From an uncultured bacterium (GTDB lineage Bacteria > Patescibacteriota > Minisyncoccia > Phycocordibacterales > CAIRYW01): a stretch of DNA of 64,000 nucleotides. The position numbers were made by a program, and so were the translations under genes. Below are positions 48,681-58,573 of this stretch, in pieces; position 1 is the stretch's first letter; every line of letters begins with the position of its first letter. Under the pieces are notes generated by a model. That model saw nothing but the letters and a program-made list of their open reading frames with translations, ran no database searches and had not been told where the DNA came from. The DNA lies in assembly GCA_903882905.1 (NCBI GenBank), contig CAIRYW010000019.1, forward strand, positions 1,406 to 65,405, read 5' to 3'.

Positions 48681-50342
48681 ATGAATTCACAATTAAATTT
48701 AAAATCGGAGTTACAAAAAGTTATAAAAGGTGAAGTTTTTGATGATGCAGAAACTATAAAAAAATATAGTCACGATGCGAGTTTACTTGAGGTTTTGCCA
48801 TCATTTGTCATATTTCCAAAAGATAAAGAAGATATAAAAAACATCGTCAAGTTTGTAAATGAAAATAAATTCCAATATCCAGAATTATCAATAACAGGCA
48901 GATCGGCAGGGTCTGATATGACTGGAGGACCTCTCAGTGAATCTATAATTCTTGATTTTACGAAATATTTTAAAAGAGATGAAATAAATTTTGAAAAATT
49001 AGAAGCAGTAGTCGAACCTGGAGTTTTTTATCGGGATTTTGAAAAAGAAACCTTGTTAAAAAGAATTTCTTATCCTTCGTATCCTGCTTCAAAAATGCTT
49101 GCAGCTTTTGGAGGAATGGTAATGAATAATTCCGCAGGAGAAAGAACTCTTCGTTATGGCCAGACCAGAGACTATGTTGAAGGACTAAAGATAGTTCTCT
49201 CTGACGGTAACGAATATGAAATTAAGCCATTAAGTTTAAATGAACTTAGAGAAAAGATTTCCCAAGGAGACTTTGAAGGTGAGTTGTATAGAAAGACATT
49301 CGAATTAATTGAAAAAAATTACGAGAATATAAAAGAAGCTAAACCAAAAGTTTCAAAAAATTCTTCTGGCTATGCGCTCTGGAGAGTAATAGATAAAGAA
49401 AAAGGTATTTTTGACCTTACGCAGCTTTTTGTTGGCTCTCAAGGAACTCTTGGAATTTTGACAGAAGCTAAAGTTAAACTAATAAGAGAAAAATCTTTTA
49501 GGAAAATGATTGTGGTATTTTTTAATAGTTGGAATGATTTGCCTGCAGTTGTAAACGAAGTTCTACCATATGATCCAGAAAGTATGGAAACGTTTGATGA
49601 TGCCACCTTAAAATTAGGAATTCGTTTTATGCCAGAGATTGCAAAAAAAGCTCATATTAGTTTTTTTAAATTCGCTTTACAATTTTTACCAGAAGTTTGG
49701 ATTGGAATAAAGATGCTTAGGTTACCTAAACTAATTGTAATGATTGAACTGACTGAGGATAGTGAACAAGAAATAAAAAGAAAAACAAATGAAATTGTAA
49801 CAAGGTTAAAAAAATTTAGTGGAATACAATATAGAATTTTAAAAAACGAGAAAGAAGAAGATAAATATTGGGTAATGAGAAGAGAAAGTTTTAATTTACT
49901 TCGTCAGCATGTCAAAGGGAAGAGAACTGCACCTTTTGTGGAAGATTTTTGCATACTGCCCGCACGAATGCCAGAGTTTTTGCCAAAGCTTTTGAAAATT
50001 CTCAAAGATAACAAAATCAAAGCAAATATTGCTGGACATGCAGGGGATGGAAATTATCACATAATTCCTTTGATGGATTTAACTAAAGAAAGTGAGCGAG
50101 CAAAAATTGTACCTGTAGCTGAAAAAGTTTTTGCCTTAATTAAAGAATATGGAGGAACAATTACTGCCGAGCACAATGATGGAATTATTCGAACCCCGTT
50201 TCTTAGAGAAATGTTTGGTGAAAAAATTTATGGCTTATTTGAAGAGATAAAAAACATTTTTGATCCTAAGAATATTTTTAATCCTGGTAAAAAAGTGGGA
50301 GGAAGCAAAGAGTATATAAATAAGCATATTTCGAAGCAGTAA
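48681..50342 (+). CDS. FAD-linked oxidase (GlcD/D-lactate dehydrogenase-like)
   Basis: RSAGSD, GSQGTLG, GHAGDGNYH, AEHNDG, DPKNIFNPGK. Confidence 0.88.
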   Translation: MNSQLNLKSELQKVIKGEVFDDAETIKKYSHDASLLEVLPSFVIFPKDKEDIKNIVKFVNENKFQYPELSITGRSAGSDMTGGPLSESIILDFTKYFKRDEINFEKLEAVVEPGVFYRDFEKETLLKRISYPSYPASKMLAAFGGMVMNNSAGERTLRYGQTRDYVEGLKIVLSDGNEYEIKPLSLNELREKISQGDFEGELYRKTFELIEKNYENIKEAKPKVSKNSSGYALWRVIDKEKGIFDLTQLFVGSQGTLGILTEAKVKLIREKSFRKMIVVFFNSWNDLPAVVNEVLPYDPESMETFDDATLKLGIRFMPEIAKKAHISFFKFALQFLPEVWIGIKMLRLPKLIVMIELTEDSEQEIKRKTNEIVTRLKKFSGIQYRILKNEKEEDKYWVMRRESFNLLRQHVKGKRTAPFVEDFCILPARMPEFLPKLLKILKDNKIKANIAGHAGDGNYHIIPLMDLTKESERAKIVPVAEKVFALIKEYGGTITAEHNDGIIRTPFLREMFGEKIYGLFEEIKNIFDPKNIFNPGKKVGGSKEYINKHISKQ

Positions 50343-50401
50343 TGAGCAAGGGTGACCCTTGCTCAATTTGCCTAGCCATGAAAAATGGTCTTGATAAGGA
50401 A

Positions 50402-50444
50402 GGCTTGGAGGAAAAACCTCCGCGGGAGGAATTACCTCCAAGCC
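50402..50444. repeat. 43-bp REP-like doublet
   Basis: ggcttggagg-aaaaa-cctcc gcg ggagg-aatta-cctccaagcc. Confidence 0.75.
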
Positions 50445-50481
50445 CATTTGATTTTCCTTCTTTTCTGTATATAATGTTTAA

Positions 50482-51126
50482 ATGGTAACAATTACAGTAA
50501 AAAAGAGAGATTCTAAAGAAAGCCTTTCAAGACTTAGGTCAAATGGCAGTATCCCTGCAGTATTTTATGGTCCAAAGCAGGATTCTACACCTATTTCTTT
50601 GGACTATATTCAATTTAATAAAGTTTTGAGCGAAAACGGTGAATCATCAGTTATTTCTCTGATTGGAGATGCTGGTGAACACGACGCTCTCATTCATGAT
50701 ATTTCAAGAGAACCTGTCACAGGTAAAATTGTTCACGTTGACCTTTATGTTATGGAAAAAGGTAAGAAAGTTAAGGTTAATGTTCCTGTTGAATACGTTG
50801 GAGTTTCTGCTGCTGTTAAAGACATGGGAGCAATTCTCGTTAAAGTTATGCATGAAATTGAAGTTGAGGCTATGCCAAAAGATCTTCCTCATAATCTTGA
50901 AGTAGATATTTCAAAGATTGTTGACCTGGATTCACATGTTTCTGCAGGAGATATTAAACTACCCCATGGTGTTCTATTAGTTACTGGAGCAGAAGAAATT
51001 GTCGCTTTAGCTAAGATGGCTAAAGAAGAAGTTGAGGAAACAACCCCAATCGACCTTTCATCGATTGAAGTAGAGAAGAAAGGAAAGGAAGAAACCGAGG
51101 AAGGGGTAGAGGAAGCAAAGAAATAA
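50482..51126 (+). CDS. rplY: 50S ribosomal protein L25 (Ctc form)
   Basis: LR..G.IPAVFYG, HVDLY, P.DLP. Confidence 0.93.
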   Translation: MVTITVKKRDSKESLSRLRSNGSIPAVFYGPKQDSTPISLDYIQFNKVLSENGESSVISLIGDAGEHDALIHDISREPVTGKIVHVDLYVMEKGKKVKVNVPVEYVGVSAAVKDMGAILVKVMHEIEVEAMPKDLPHNLEVDISKIVDLDSHVSAGDIKLPHGVLLVTGAEEIVALAKMAKEEVEETTPIDLSSIEVEKKGKEETEEGVEEAKK

Positions 51127-51166
51127 TTTTCTTTGCTTTTTAAATTTGTTTTTTACTTAATTCTAA

Positions 51167-52519
51167 ATGATAAAAAATTTTAAAGGTTCTTTCGCAATTT
51201 TTTTTATCCTAATTTTACTTATAGGAGGTTTTTTGTTTTTATATAAAAAAAGTGAAGCTCAGATTGTAACTGATCCAGCCCAAAGAGCTGTTTTGCAGTC
51301 TCAACTTAATGAAATAGAAGCCGAGATAGCACAACAACAAGCTATTCTCGCCCAAAAACAAACAGAAGGATCTTCTATCTCACGAGACATTGCAATTCTT
51401 GATGCAAAAATCAAAGCATCACAATTAAAAATCAAAGCATACGATATTCAAATCAATCAACTTGGACAAGATATAACAGTTAAAACAAAAACTATTCAGA
51501 CTTTGGATGGTCAAATTTCTTCAGGCCAAGATTCTCTTGGACAAATTTTAAGACAAACTAAAGCACTTGATGATGTATCTCTTCCAGAGGTTTTGCTTTC
51601 GGGTCAAGATATTTCTTCTTTTTTTGTTGATTTAGATTCTTTTGATGCTGTTAAAACTTCACTATCAGATACTTTCAATAATCTTCGAGATGCAAAACAG
51701 GAAAACCAAAATCAGAAAGCAGATTTGAGTAAAAAACAAAATGCTACAATAGATACAAAGACCAATGTTCAAAAAGAACAAGCTCTTATCAAACAAAATC
51801 AAGCCGAAAAACAAAGACTTCTTTCTTTAAACAAGACAGAGCAGGCAGGATACCAGGCGGTGATTGCATCAAAATCTGCTCAAGCAGCAAAAATCCGTGC
51901 AGCACTTTTTTCCTTGGCTAACACTGCAGCAATTCCATTCGGGACAGCTCTTGAGTATGCTCAGGCTGTTCAAAAAATTACAAGCGTTGATCCAGCTTTT
52001 CTATTGGCTATTGTTACTCAAGAATCAAATCTTGGATCAAATGTTGGAGCTTGCTATTTAACTAACACGACAACTGGTGCAGGAGTGAATGTAACGAGTG
52101 GAAGAGTTTGGTCAAATCTTATGAAGCCGTCAAGAGATGTCGCTCCTTTTCTTGCAATAACTAGTGCTATTGGAAGAGATCCAATGAAGACAAAAGTTTC
52201 TTGTCCAATTGCTGGTGCTGGAGGATACGGAGGGGCAATGGGTCCAGCGCAATTTATTCCTTCAACTTGGGTTTTATTTGAGGACAGAATTAAATCTGGA
52301 TTGGGTGTGCAAAATACTGATCCATGGAATCCTGAACAAGCCTTTTTAGCCTCAGCACTTTATTTGTCTGATCTTGGAGCTGTAAATGGAAGTTATACTG
52401 GAGAAATAAAAGCCGCATGTAAATATTATGGTTCAGGCGGATCAACTTGTACTTACGGAAAACAAGTGATGGCGAAAGTGGCACAAATACAGGCTAATAT
52501 AAATATACTTAATAATTAG
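51167..52519 (+). CDS. Coiled-coil lytic transglycosylase-like cell wall hydrolase
   Basis: Signal/TM, long coiled coil, QESNLG, GAMGPAQFIPSTW. Confidence 0.8.
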   Translation: MIKNFKGSFAIFFILILLIGGFLFLYKKSEAQIVTDPAQRAVLQSQLNEIEAEIAQQQAILAQKQTEGSSISRDIAILDAKIKASQLKIKAYDIQINQLGQDITVKTKTIQTLDGQISSGQDSLGQILRQTKALDDVSLPEVLLSGQDISSFFVDLDSFDAVKTSLSDTFNNLRDAKQENQNQKADLSKKQNATIDTKTNVQKEQALIKQNQAEKQRLLSLNKTEQAGYQAVIASKSAQAAKIRAALFSLANTAAIPFGTALEYAQAVQKITSVDPAFLLAIVTQESNLGSNVGACYLTNTTTGAGVNVTSGRVWSNLMKPSRDVAPFLAITSAIGRDPMKTKVSCPIAGAGGYGGAMGPAQFIPSTWVLFEDRIKSGLGVQNTDPWNPEQAFLASALYLSDLGAVNGSYTGEIKAACKYYGSGGSTCTYGKQVMAKVAQIQANINILNN

Positions 52520-52579
52520 TTTAGATTCTCTGCCAAAAAGTTGCCTTTTTGAAGGTTTTTTTGTAGTATGTACGAACAT

Positions 52580-52849
52580 ATGAAAAAAGATATACATCCA
52601 GCAAATTACAGAAAAGTAGCTTTTGAAGATACCTCAAATAAGGAGATTTTTCTTATTTCCTCAACTGTTGCTACAAAAGAAACTACAAAAGTAGATGGTA
52701 AAGAATATCCACTATACAAAGTTGAAATTTCAAGTGCCTCACATCCTTTTTATACAGGAAACGACAATGTCGTTGACTCAGCAGGAAGAGTGGAAAGATT
52801 CAAAGCAAGAGCAACTAAAACTGGAGCTAAGAAAGAAAGTAAAAAATAA
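52580..52849 (+). CDS. rpmE: 50S ribosomal protein L31 type B (Cys-free)
   Basis: MKKDIHP, EISSASHPFYTG, GRVERF. Confidence 0.93.
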   Translation: MKKDIHPANYRKVAFEDTSNKEIFLISSTVATKETTKVDGKEYPLYKVEISSASHPFYTGNDNVVDSAGRVERFKARATKTGAKKESKK

Positions 52850-52891
52850 CTTCTCCTTTTAAAACCCAAGGCATACTTGGGTTTTTATTTT

Positions 52892-53899
52892 ATGGAACCT
52901 TCAAATTTCGATTTATCAAAATATAAAGAAAATAACAAAACTCGCTTTTTAGCAGAGGATTTTGAGCGTCTTTTGAAAGAAGAAATTGAAATCAAAGATA
53001 TCATTGCAAAAGAGCCAAGTATGAAAGAACTTTCAGAGGAAGAACTTGAAACAATTGAAAAACAAAAAAAAGAAATTGTCATACAAATGGAATCTATTTT
53101 GAAAGAGGAAGAAGTAGAAGAAGAATTTCCAAATGAAATAGTTCTTGAAGTGCGCGCTGGAGCTGGAGGCGAAGAAGCTTCACTTTTTGCAGAATCACTT
53201 GCAAAGATGTATGAGGGATATGCAAACATCGAAGGATTTGAATGGAGACCAGTAGATGAATCACAAAGTCAGATTGGAGGTTTTAAAGAAGCATCATTTG
53301 AGGTTAGAGGTAGAGATGTCTATAAAAAACTTAGGTATGAGACGGGTGTGCACAGAGTCCAAAGAATTCCAGCTACAGAAAAATCTGGAAGAGTACACAC
53401 ATCAACTGCTTCTGTTGCAATTTTGCCCATTAGAAAGAAAACAAAATTAGAAATTAAAGAAAGTGATCTTTTGATTGAGACTTCAAGATCAGGAGGAAAA
53501 GGGGGTCAAAATGTGAACAAAGTGGAAACAGCAGTGAGAATAGTTCACAAGCCAACTGGTATCGAAGTTAGAAGTACTTCACAGCGAAGTCAGCTGAAAA
53601 ATAAAGAAATGGCAATGTCTATTCTTTTTGCAAAGCTTGAAGCTCTTAAAGAAGAAACTGAAAACAAAAAATTTGCAAAAGACAGAAAAGCACAAATTGG
53701 GACAGGAGATCGTTCGGAAAAAATCCGAACTTATAATTATCTCCAGGATAGAATTACAGACCATAGAATAAAAGAATCTTGGCATAATTTACCTCAAATA
53801 ATGTTTGGTAACATAAAACCGATCATAGATGCTATTGCCGAGAAAGTAGAAAGTGGAAATGTTTCAGAAAACTCGTCCGGTGAGGATTTAGAGGATTAA
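52892..53899 (+). CDS. prfA: Peptide chain release factor 1
   Basis: [16 protein letters not shown] (PxT), [12 protein letters not shown]. Confidence 0.95.
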   Translation: MEPSNFDLSKYKENNKTRFLAEDFERLLKEEIEIKDIIAKEPSMKELSEEELETIEKQKKEIVIQMESILKEEEVEEEFPNEIVLEVRAGAGGEEASLFAESLAKMYEGYANIEGFEWRPVDESQSQIGGFKEASFEVRGRDVYKKLRYETGVHRVQRIPATEKSGRVHTSTASVAILPIRKKTKLEIKESDLLIETSRSGGKGGQNVNKVETAVRIVHKPTGIEVRSTSQRSQLKNKEMAMSILFAKLEALKEETENKKFAKDRKAQIGTGDRSEKIRTYNYLQDRITDHRIKESWHNLPQIMFGNIKPIIDAIAEKVESGNVSENSSGEDLED

Positions 53900-53905
53900 T
53901 TTTTT

Positions 53906-53944
53906 AAAGGACCGACCTTAAATCTTCAAAAAGGTCGGTCCTTT
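53906..53944. terminator. Hairpin after prfA built from two AGG-N5-CCT units
   Basis: aaaggaccgacctt...aaggtcggtccttt followed by a T-rich tract. Confidence 0.6.
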
Positions 53945-54010
53945 TGTTTTTAAAAAACCTCCCCTGGGGTATAATTAAATTACTATTAATTAATCGGTTA
54001 ATTATAAACA

Positions 54011-55516
54011 ATGAAAAAATATCTTTCTCTTCTCGGTGTTGGTTTGCTTTCTTTAGCAGTTTTTTCTCCAACGTTTGCTCAAAGTACAAGTACATCCTCA
54101 ACTGATTTAAACGTAACTACTCAAGCTTTAATAAAAGTATTAACCCAACTTCTTCAACAACTTGAATTGCAGTTGCAAACTTTGTTGGCAGAGCGGGGGA
54201 ATAATACTAATATCAATATGTCTGGTGGTAATTGCTCTTCTGGGCAAACGTGGAGTGGTTTAAATGGTGGTTGTATATCTCAAACACAAAATCAATCCTC
54301 ATCAATCACAGTTACTTCACCAAATGACGGAGACAGCTTAGTTATTGGTCAGAGTTATCAAATTAAGTGGATTCCTAATTCCACAAAAGTAAATATATTC
54401 TTAAACACATACGATCAAAACGGAAATCAGATCGGAAACGGACAACTTCAATGGATTGCTCAGGCAATAGATAATACTGGAATTTATAACTGGACACCGT
54501 CAACATCTGCCTTGACTCTCAGTACTGCATATAAATATAAAATAAGAATCACAAAGGCAAATGATTTGTCTTATGGTGTAAGTGATATGGGAGAATCTGC
54601 AGGGTTCTTTACTCTCAGAAATAGTTCAACACAAAATCAACCTTTCACAATTACTTTTCCAACACAGGGAGCAAGTCTTCAGGCTGGGCAGACTTATAAC
54701 GTAAGTTGGACGGGTTCTGATACAAATGTTAATAGCTATGCTGTGTATTTAAGTGGAGGAAAGCTTGGATCAAATGGTAGTAGTTTTATTGGTACAGCAT
54801 ATCCTCGCGGTGCTGGAAATGTTGGAACATTTTCTTGGGCAATTCCTGCTGACTTAACTTCAGCTTCAAATTACCAAATTCAATTTAGTGGAGCAGGTGC
54901 TACGGGTGGAAATAGTGGGACATTTAGTATTTCTGGTTCAACACAAAATCAACCTTCAATAACGATCAATTCACCGGGATCAGGTAAAATGTATAATCAA
55001 GGTGATACTTTAAACATTTCTTGGATAGCAAATGGTGTTAGTGGTGTTGGCTTAGGTCTAGACCATACCGATGGAACTTTCGCATCAATTATTGCTGTAG
55101 GTCTTCCTACTTCAGGAAATTATTCTTGGCAAATACCATCTAACTTTCCAACAGGTTCTTATGTAATTGTTGGTTCAGTTAATAATAATGGTAATCTAAT
55201 TTACAGTAATGGCCCTACTATTTCTATTGGTTCAGCGCAAAATCAAACAGTTTATCCGCCAAATATAGAAAGTGTTGGGTCGTCAGCCAATCCAGCAAAT
55301 TCATTTTATCCAGGTGATAATGTAAAGATTGTTGGAAGTAATTTTCCTCAAAATCCAACTATAATGATAGGTAATGCGTATGTTCTAGGACAGACAAATT
55401 CAAGTGGAATGAATATAAATTTTATAGCCCCATCACTTTCAGCAGGAACTTACAGTTTAAGTATTGCAGCAAAAGGTGGAGGTAATACTGTTCAAGTCAC
55501 AGTTTTATCTAGATAG
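54011..55516 (+). CDS. Secreted Ser/Thr-rich protein with three Ig-like repeats and an IPT/TIG-like domain
   Basis: Signal peptide; repeats ITVTSPN.G..., ITFPTQG..., ITINSPG... each preceded by TQNQ. Confidence 0.7.
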   Translation: MKKYLSLLGVGLLSLAVFSPTFAQSTSTSSTDLNVTTQALIKVLTQLLQQLELQLQTLLAERGNNTNINMSGGNCSSGQTWSGLNGGCISQTQNQSSSITVTSPNDGDSLVIGQSYQIKWIPNSTKVNIFLNTYDQNGNQIGNGQLQWIAQAIDNTGIYNWTPSTSALTLSTAYKYKIRITKANDLSYGVSDMGESAGFFTLRNSSTQNQPFTITFPTQGASLQAGQTYNVSWTGSDTNVNSYAVYLSGGKLGSNGSSFIGTAYPRGAGNVGTFSWAIPADLTSASNYQIQFSGAGATGGNSGTFSISGSTQNQPSITINSPGSGKMYNQGDTLNISWIANGVSGVGLGLDHTDGTFASIIAVGLPTSGNYSWQIPSNFPTGSYVIVGSVNNNGNLIYSNGPTISIGSAQNQTVYPPNIESVGSSANPANSFYPGDNVKIVGSNFPQNPTIMIGNAYVLGQTNSSGMNINFIAPSLSAGTYSLSIAAKGGGNTVQVTVLSR

Positions 55517-55725
55517 TGTTATAGAAATAGTCATAAAACATAAGGAGGCATCCTAACAGAGGATGGTCTCTTTATGTAGAAAGTTGCAAAAGGCCTAATA
55601 AGCTGATAATATAGCCCTCACATACGTGTCCCGTTAGAAATCAAACGGGGGAGGAAAAGACGTTAAATATATATAGATATCAACATATTTTATTAAAAAA
55701 TTATAGAAAATAAATTCTAACTGGG

Positions 55726-56445
55726 ATGGCAAAAACAGACAAAGAAATACCAAAAACAATCCAAGAAATGTTCGACGCAGGGGTGCATTTTGGCCTAATT
55801 AAGAGCCGAAGAGATCCTTCAACAAAGTCTTATATTTTTGGACAAAAAGGAAGTATGGAGATTTTTGATCTCGAAAAGACTAGTGGAATGCTAGAAAAAG
55901 CATTGGAACAAGTTAGCAAACTCGGAACAGAAAAGAAAACAATTCTTTTTGTCTCAAGTAAGAATGAATCAAAATCTTTAGTAAAATCTGCGGCTGAAAG
56001 ACTAAGTATGCCTTTTATTGCTGGACGTTGGATTGGAGGACTTCTTACTAACTTTAACGAAATAAAAAAGCGTTCAAGTAGACTTGTTGATTTAGAATCA
56101 AAAAAAGAAAAAGGAGAACTTATAAAATATACAAAAAAAGAAAGATTGCTTCTTGATAGAGAAATGGCAAACTTGAATGAACTTTTTGGAGGCATAAGAA
56201 CTCTTACAAAAATTCCAGATGCAATTTTTGTTGTTGATTCAAGAAAAGAATCAATTGCAGTTTTGGAAGCAAAAGGAATGAAGGTTCCAGTGATTGCACT
56301 TGCTTCAAGTGATTGCAATCTTAAAGAAGTTACTTTTCCAATTCCAGGGAATGATGCTTCAAGATCAAGTATTGAATATATTTTGAAGAGAGTAACTGAT
56401 GCATATCAGAGTGCGCCTGTTGCAGCCCCAGCGCCCACAGTTTAA
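55726..56445 (+). CDS. rpsB: 30S ribosomal protein S2
   Basis: AGVHFG, RWIGGLLTN, PIPGND. Confidence 0.96.
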   Translation: MAKTDKEIPKTIQEMFDAGVHFGLIKSRRDPSTKSYIFGQKGSMEIFDLEKTSGMLEKALEQVSKLGTEKKTILFVSSKNESKSLVKSAAERLSMPFIAGRWIGGLLTNFNEIKKRSSRLVDLESKKEKGELIKYTKKERLLLDREMANLNELFGGIRTLTKIPDAIFVVDSRKESIAVLEAKGMKVPVIALASSDCNLKEVTFPIPGNDASRSSIEYILKRVTDAYQSAPVAAPAPTV

Positions 56446-56478
56446 TTAAATTTAAAAATTAATTTTGTTCATTTAACT

Positions 56479-57069
56479 ATGATTACTACAGAACAAGTAA
56501 AAGAACTTCGTGATAGAACAGGAATCTCTATTATGCAATGCAAAAAAGCCCTTGAGGATGCAGGAGGTGATGCAGAAAAGGCATTAGTACTACTACAGAA
56601 AAAAGGAGCAGAAGTCGCAGATAAAAAATCAGATAGAAGCCTAGGGGCAGGTGTTGTTGTGTCATATATTCACAATACAGGCACTGTAGGTACATTAATT
56701 GAACTTTGGTGCGAAACAGATTTCGTGGCTAAAAATGAAGAGTTTAAGGCCCTTGCAAAGGATATCGCTATGCACATTGCCGCTACAAATCCCGCATATC
56801 TTTCTGTAGAGGATATTCCAGAAGCTGACAGAGCAACTGCTAAAGAAGTGTTTGCAAAGGAAGTCGAAGGAAAGCCAGAAGCAATGAAACAACAAATTCT
56901 TGATGGAAAAATTGCTGCTTATTTCAAAGACAAAGTTCTTTTAGAACAGGAATATATAAAGGATCCATCACTTACAATTTCCACACTGCTAAAAAATGCT
57001 ATTCAGAAGTTTGGTGAAAAGACTGTCATTGGAAAATTCGTAAGATTTTCTACAGTAGCAAAGTTCTAA
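56479..57069 (+). CDS. tsf: Elongation factor Ts (short form)
   Basis: VKELRDRTG, CKKAL, CETDFV. Confidence 0.96.
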   Translation: MITTEQVKELRDRTGISIMQCKKALEDAGGDAEKALVLLQKKGAEVADKKSDRSLGAGVVVSYIHNTGTVGTLIELWCETDFVAKNEEFKALAKDIAMHIAATNPAYLSVEDIPEADRATAKEVFAKEVEGKPEAMKQQILDGKIAAYFKDKVLLEQEYIKDPSLTISTLLKNAIQKFGEKTVIGKFVRFSTVAKF

Positions 57070-57081
57070 TTTATTTCAACT

Positions 57082-57462
57082 ATGTTTGCAACATCTATTA
57101 CAGTTTTTTTGGTCTCATTTATTGGAGCTATTTTTCTTGTAATAAATAGAGCAAGATTTAGTGACGGAAGAGTTGCTTATGTTAGTTTTCCAAAAGAATG
57201 GGATAAACTCCTTTCAGGGTTTTATCATGCTTCAAAAGTTCTTTTTACTGAATTACCAAAACATGTTGCCATCAATGTTTATCATTTTTTTGTCATTACA
57301 TTTGTTGATGCATCAAAGAAGACAAAACTCTTGATTTATCCAAAGATTTCACATATTGTAGAGACAGTTAAAGGAACGAATTTGCCGGAACAGAAGAAGC
57401 CGGCATCAGAGTTTTTGAAAGCGATCGTGAAGGAAGAAGTAGATAGTGAAAAAACAATATAA
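57082..57462 (+). CDS. Hypothetical membrane protein
   Basis: N-terminal TM; follows tsf. Confidence 0.6.
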   Translation: MFATSITVFLVSFIGAIFLVINRARFSDGRVAYVSFPKEWDKLLSGFYHASKVLFTELPKHVAINVYHFFVITFVDASKKTKLLIYPKISHIVETVKGTNLPEQKKPASEFLKAIVKEEVDSEKTI

Positions 57463-57464
57463 AC

Positions 57465-57540
57465 GCCGCCTTAGCTCAGTTGGTAGAGCGCCACTTTTGT
57501 AAAGTGGATGTCCTCAGTTCAAATCTGAGAGGCGGCTCCA
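57465..57540 (+). tRNA. tRNA-Thr(TGT)
   Basis: Canonical 76-nt cloverleaf, loop tt TGT aa, TCCA end. Confidence 0.95.
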
Positions 57541-57572
57541 GAAAAAAGTCCCTTATGGGGACTTTTTTATTT

Positions 57573-57809
57573 GCCACCTCAGAACTCAATGGGTATTGAG
57601 TTCATTCAGATTTGAAAGGCGCAGCTAGGTTTTTCAGCAGAAAAACCAGCGAGTCGGGTGAGAAGCGAAGACTTGAAGCTTCGCAAGACCTTTTCAGATT
57701 TTTTATGAGATTTGCGAAATAAAAATCGAAAAGGTGTACTGAAACTGTAAGTTTCGAGAAATTTTGAAAGCGACGGCTTTCAAAATATTCGTGACCAAAT
57801 CTGAGAGGC
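57573..57809 (+). repeat. tRNA-linked structured element (Thr copy) ending in a duplicate of the tRNA 3' part
   Basis: Split antisense gccacctc..tcagatttgaa; aaatattcgtgac fused to caaatctgagaggc (57796-57809). Confidence 0.75.
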
Positions 57810-57837
57810 TTAAAGTAACTCGTGACTAAATCCCTTT

Positions 57838-58548
57838 TTACTTCTTCGTACTCGTTGCAGTACTACTTGCAACGCTAGCAGCTTTAAGGTCGGCTTTTGT
57901 CTCAGCTGGATATTGTTCAGTTAGGATTTTTTCCAAAACTTCTTTTTCTTGAAAGCCGTTAATTGTTTTGTCTCCGATGACAATAGCGGGAAGATTATTT
58001 TTGATGTCAAAGATTTGAATGATAGTTGATATTGCAGAAAGATCTAATCCGTAATCGAATGAATAAACACGTAGGTCTGGATATTTTTGTCGAAGATATG
58101 TTAGTGCGTAACTTGCTTTGTCACACTCAGGACATTTTGTTCCTTGGTCGTAGAAATAAAGGGCGAACATAAATTTTTTACCACATTTATCAGAAACCTG
58201 TCTCATCAAAAGATAATCCTTTATCTCAAGTAATGAGTAGTATTTTTTTAGTTGAATAATTTCTGAAGCATTGCTACCAGAATTATTTTCGCTATAACTA
58301 ATTTTTTCTCCAAGGTCTGAAATTTCTGATGATAATAGGGAATTGCCGGCTTCTTTGCATGAAAGTTCTGATAGCAGTGAAAATTGAGTTTCAGATGAAA
58401 GTATGTCTGTTGAAACTGTATCTTGAATAGATTTGATTTCGGTGATGCGCTTACTATTGATCGCATTGCTTATGTAAATTGCAGTGACAAAAATCGTACC
58501 TGTTATCAAAAACACTAATAAATATTTTTTCCAGTCTGTTTTTTTCAT
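57838..58548 (-). CDS. Membrane-anchored thioredoxin-fold-like protein
   Basis: N-terminal TM; YFYD...CPEC; LPAIVI. Confidence 0.6.
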   Translation of the reverse strand: MKKTDWKKYLLVFLITGTIFVTAIYISNAINSKRITEIKSIQDTVSTDILSSETQFSLLSELSCKEAGNSLLSSEISDLGEKISYSENNSGSNASEIIQLKKYYSLLEIKDYLLMRQVSDKCGKKFMFALYFYDQGTKCPECDKASYALTYLRQKYPDLRVYSFDYGLDLSAISTIIQIFDIKNNLPAIVIGDKTINGFQEKEVLEKILTEQYPAETKADLKAASVASSTATSTKK

Positions 58549-58573
58549 TCGAATGTTTTTATTTTAAATTAAT

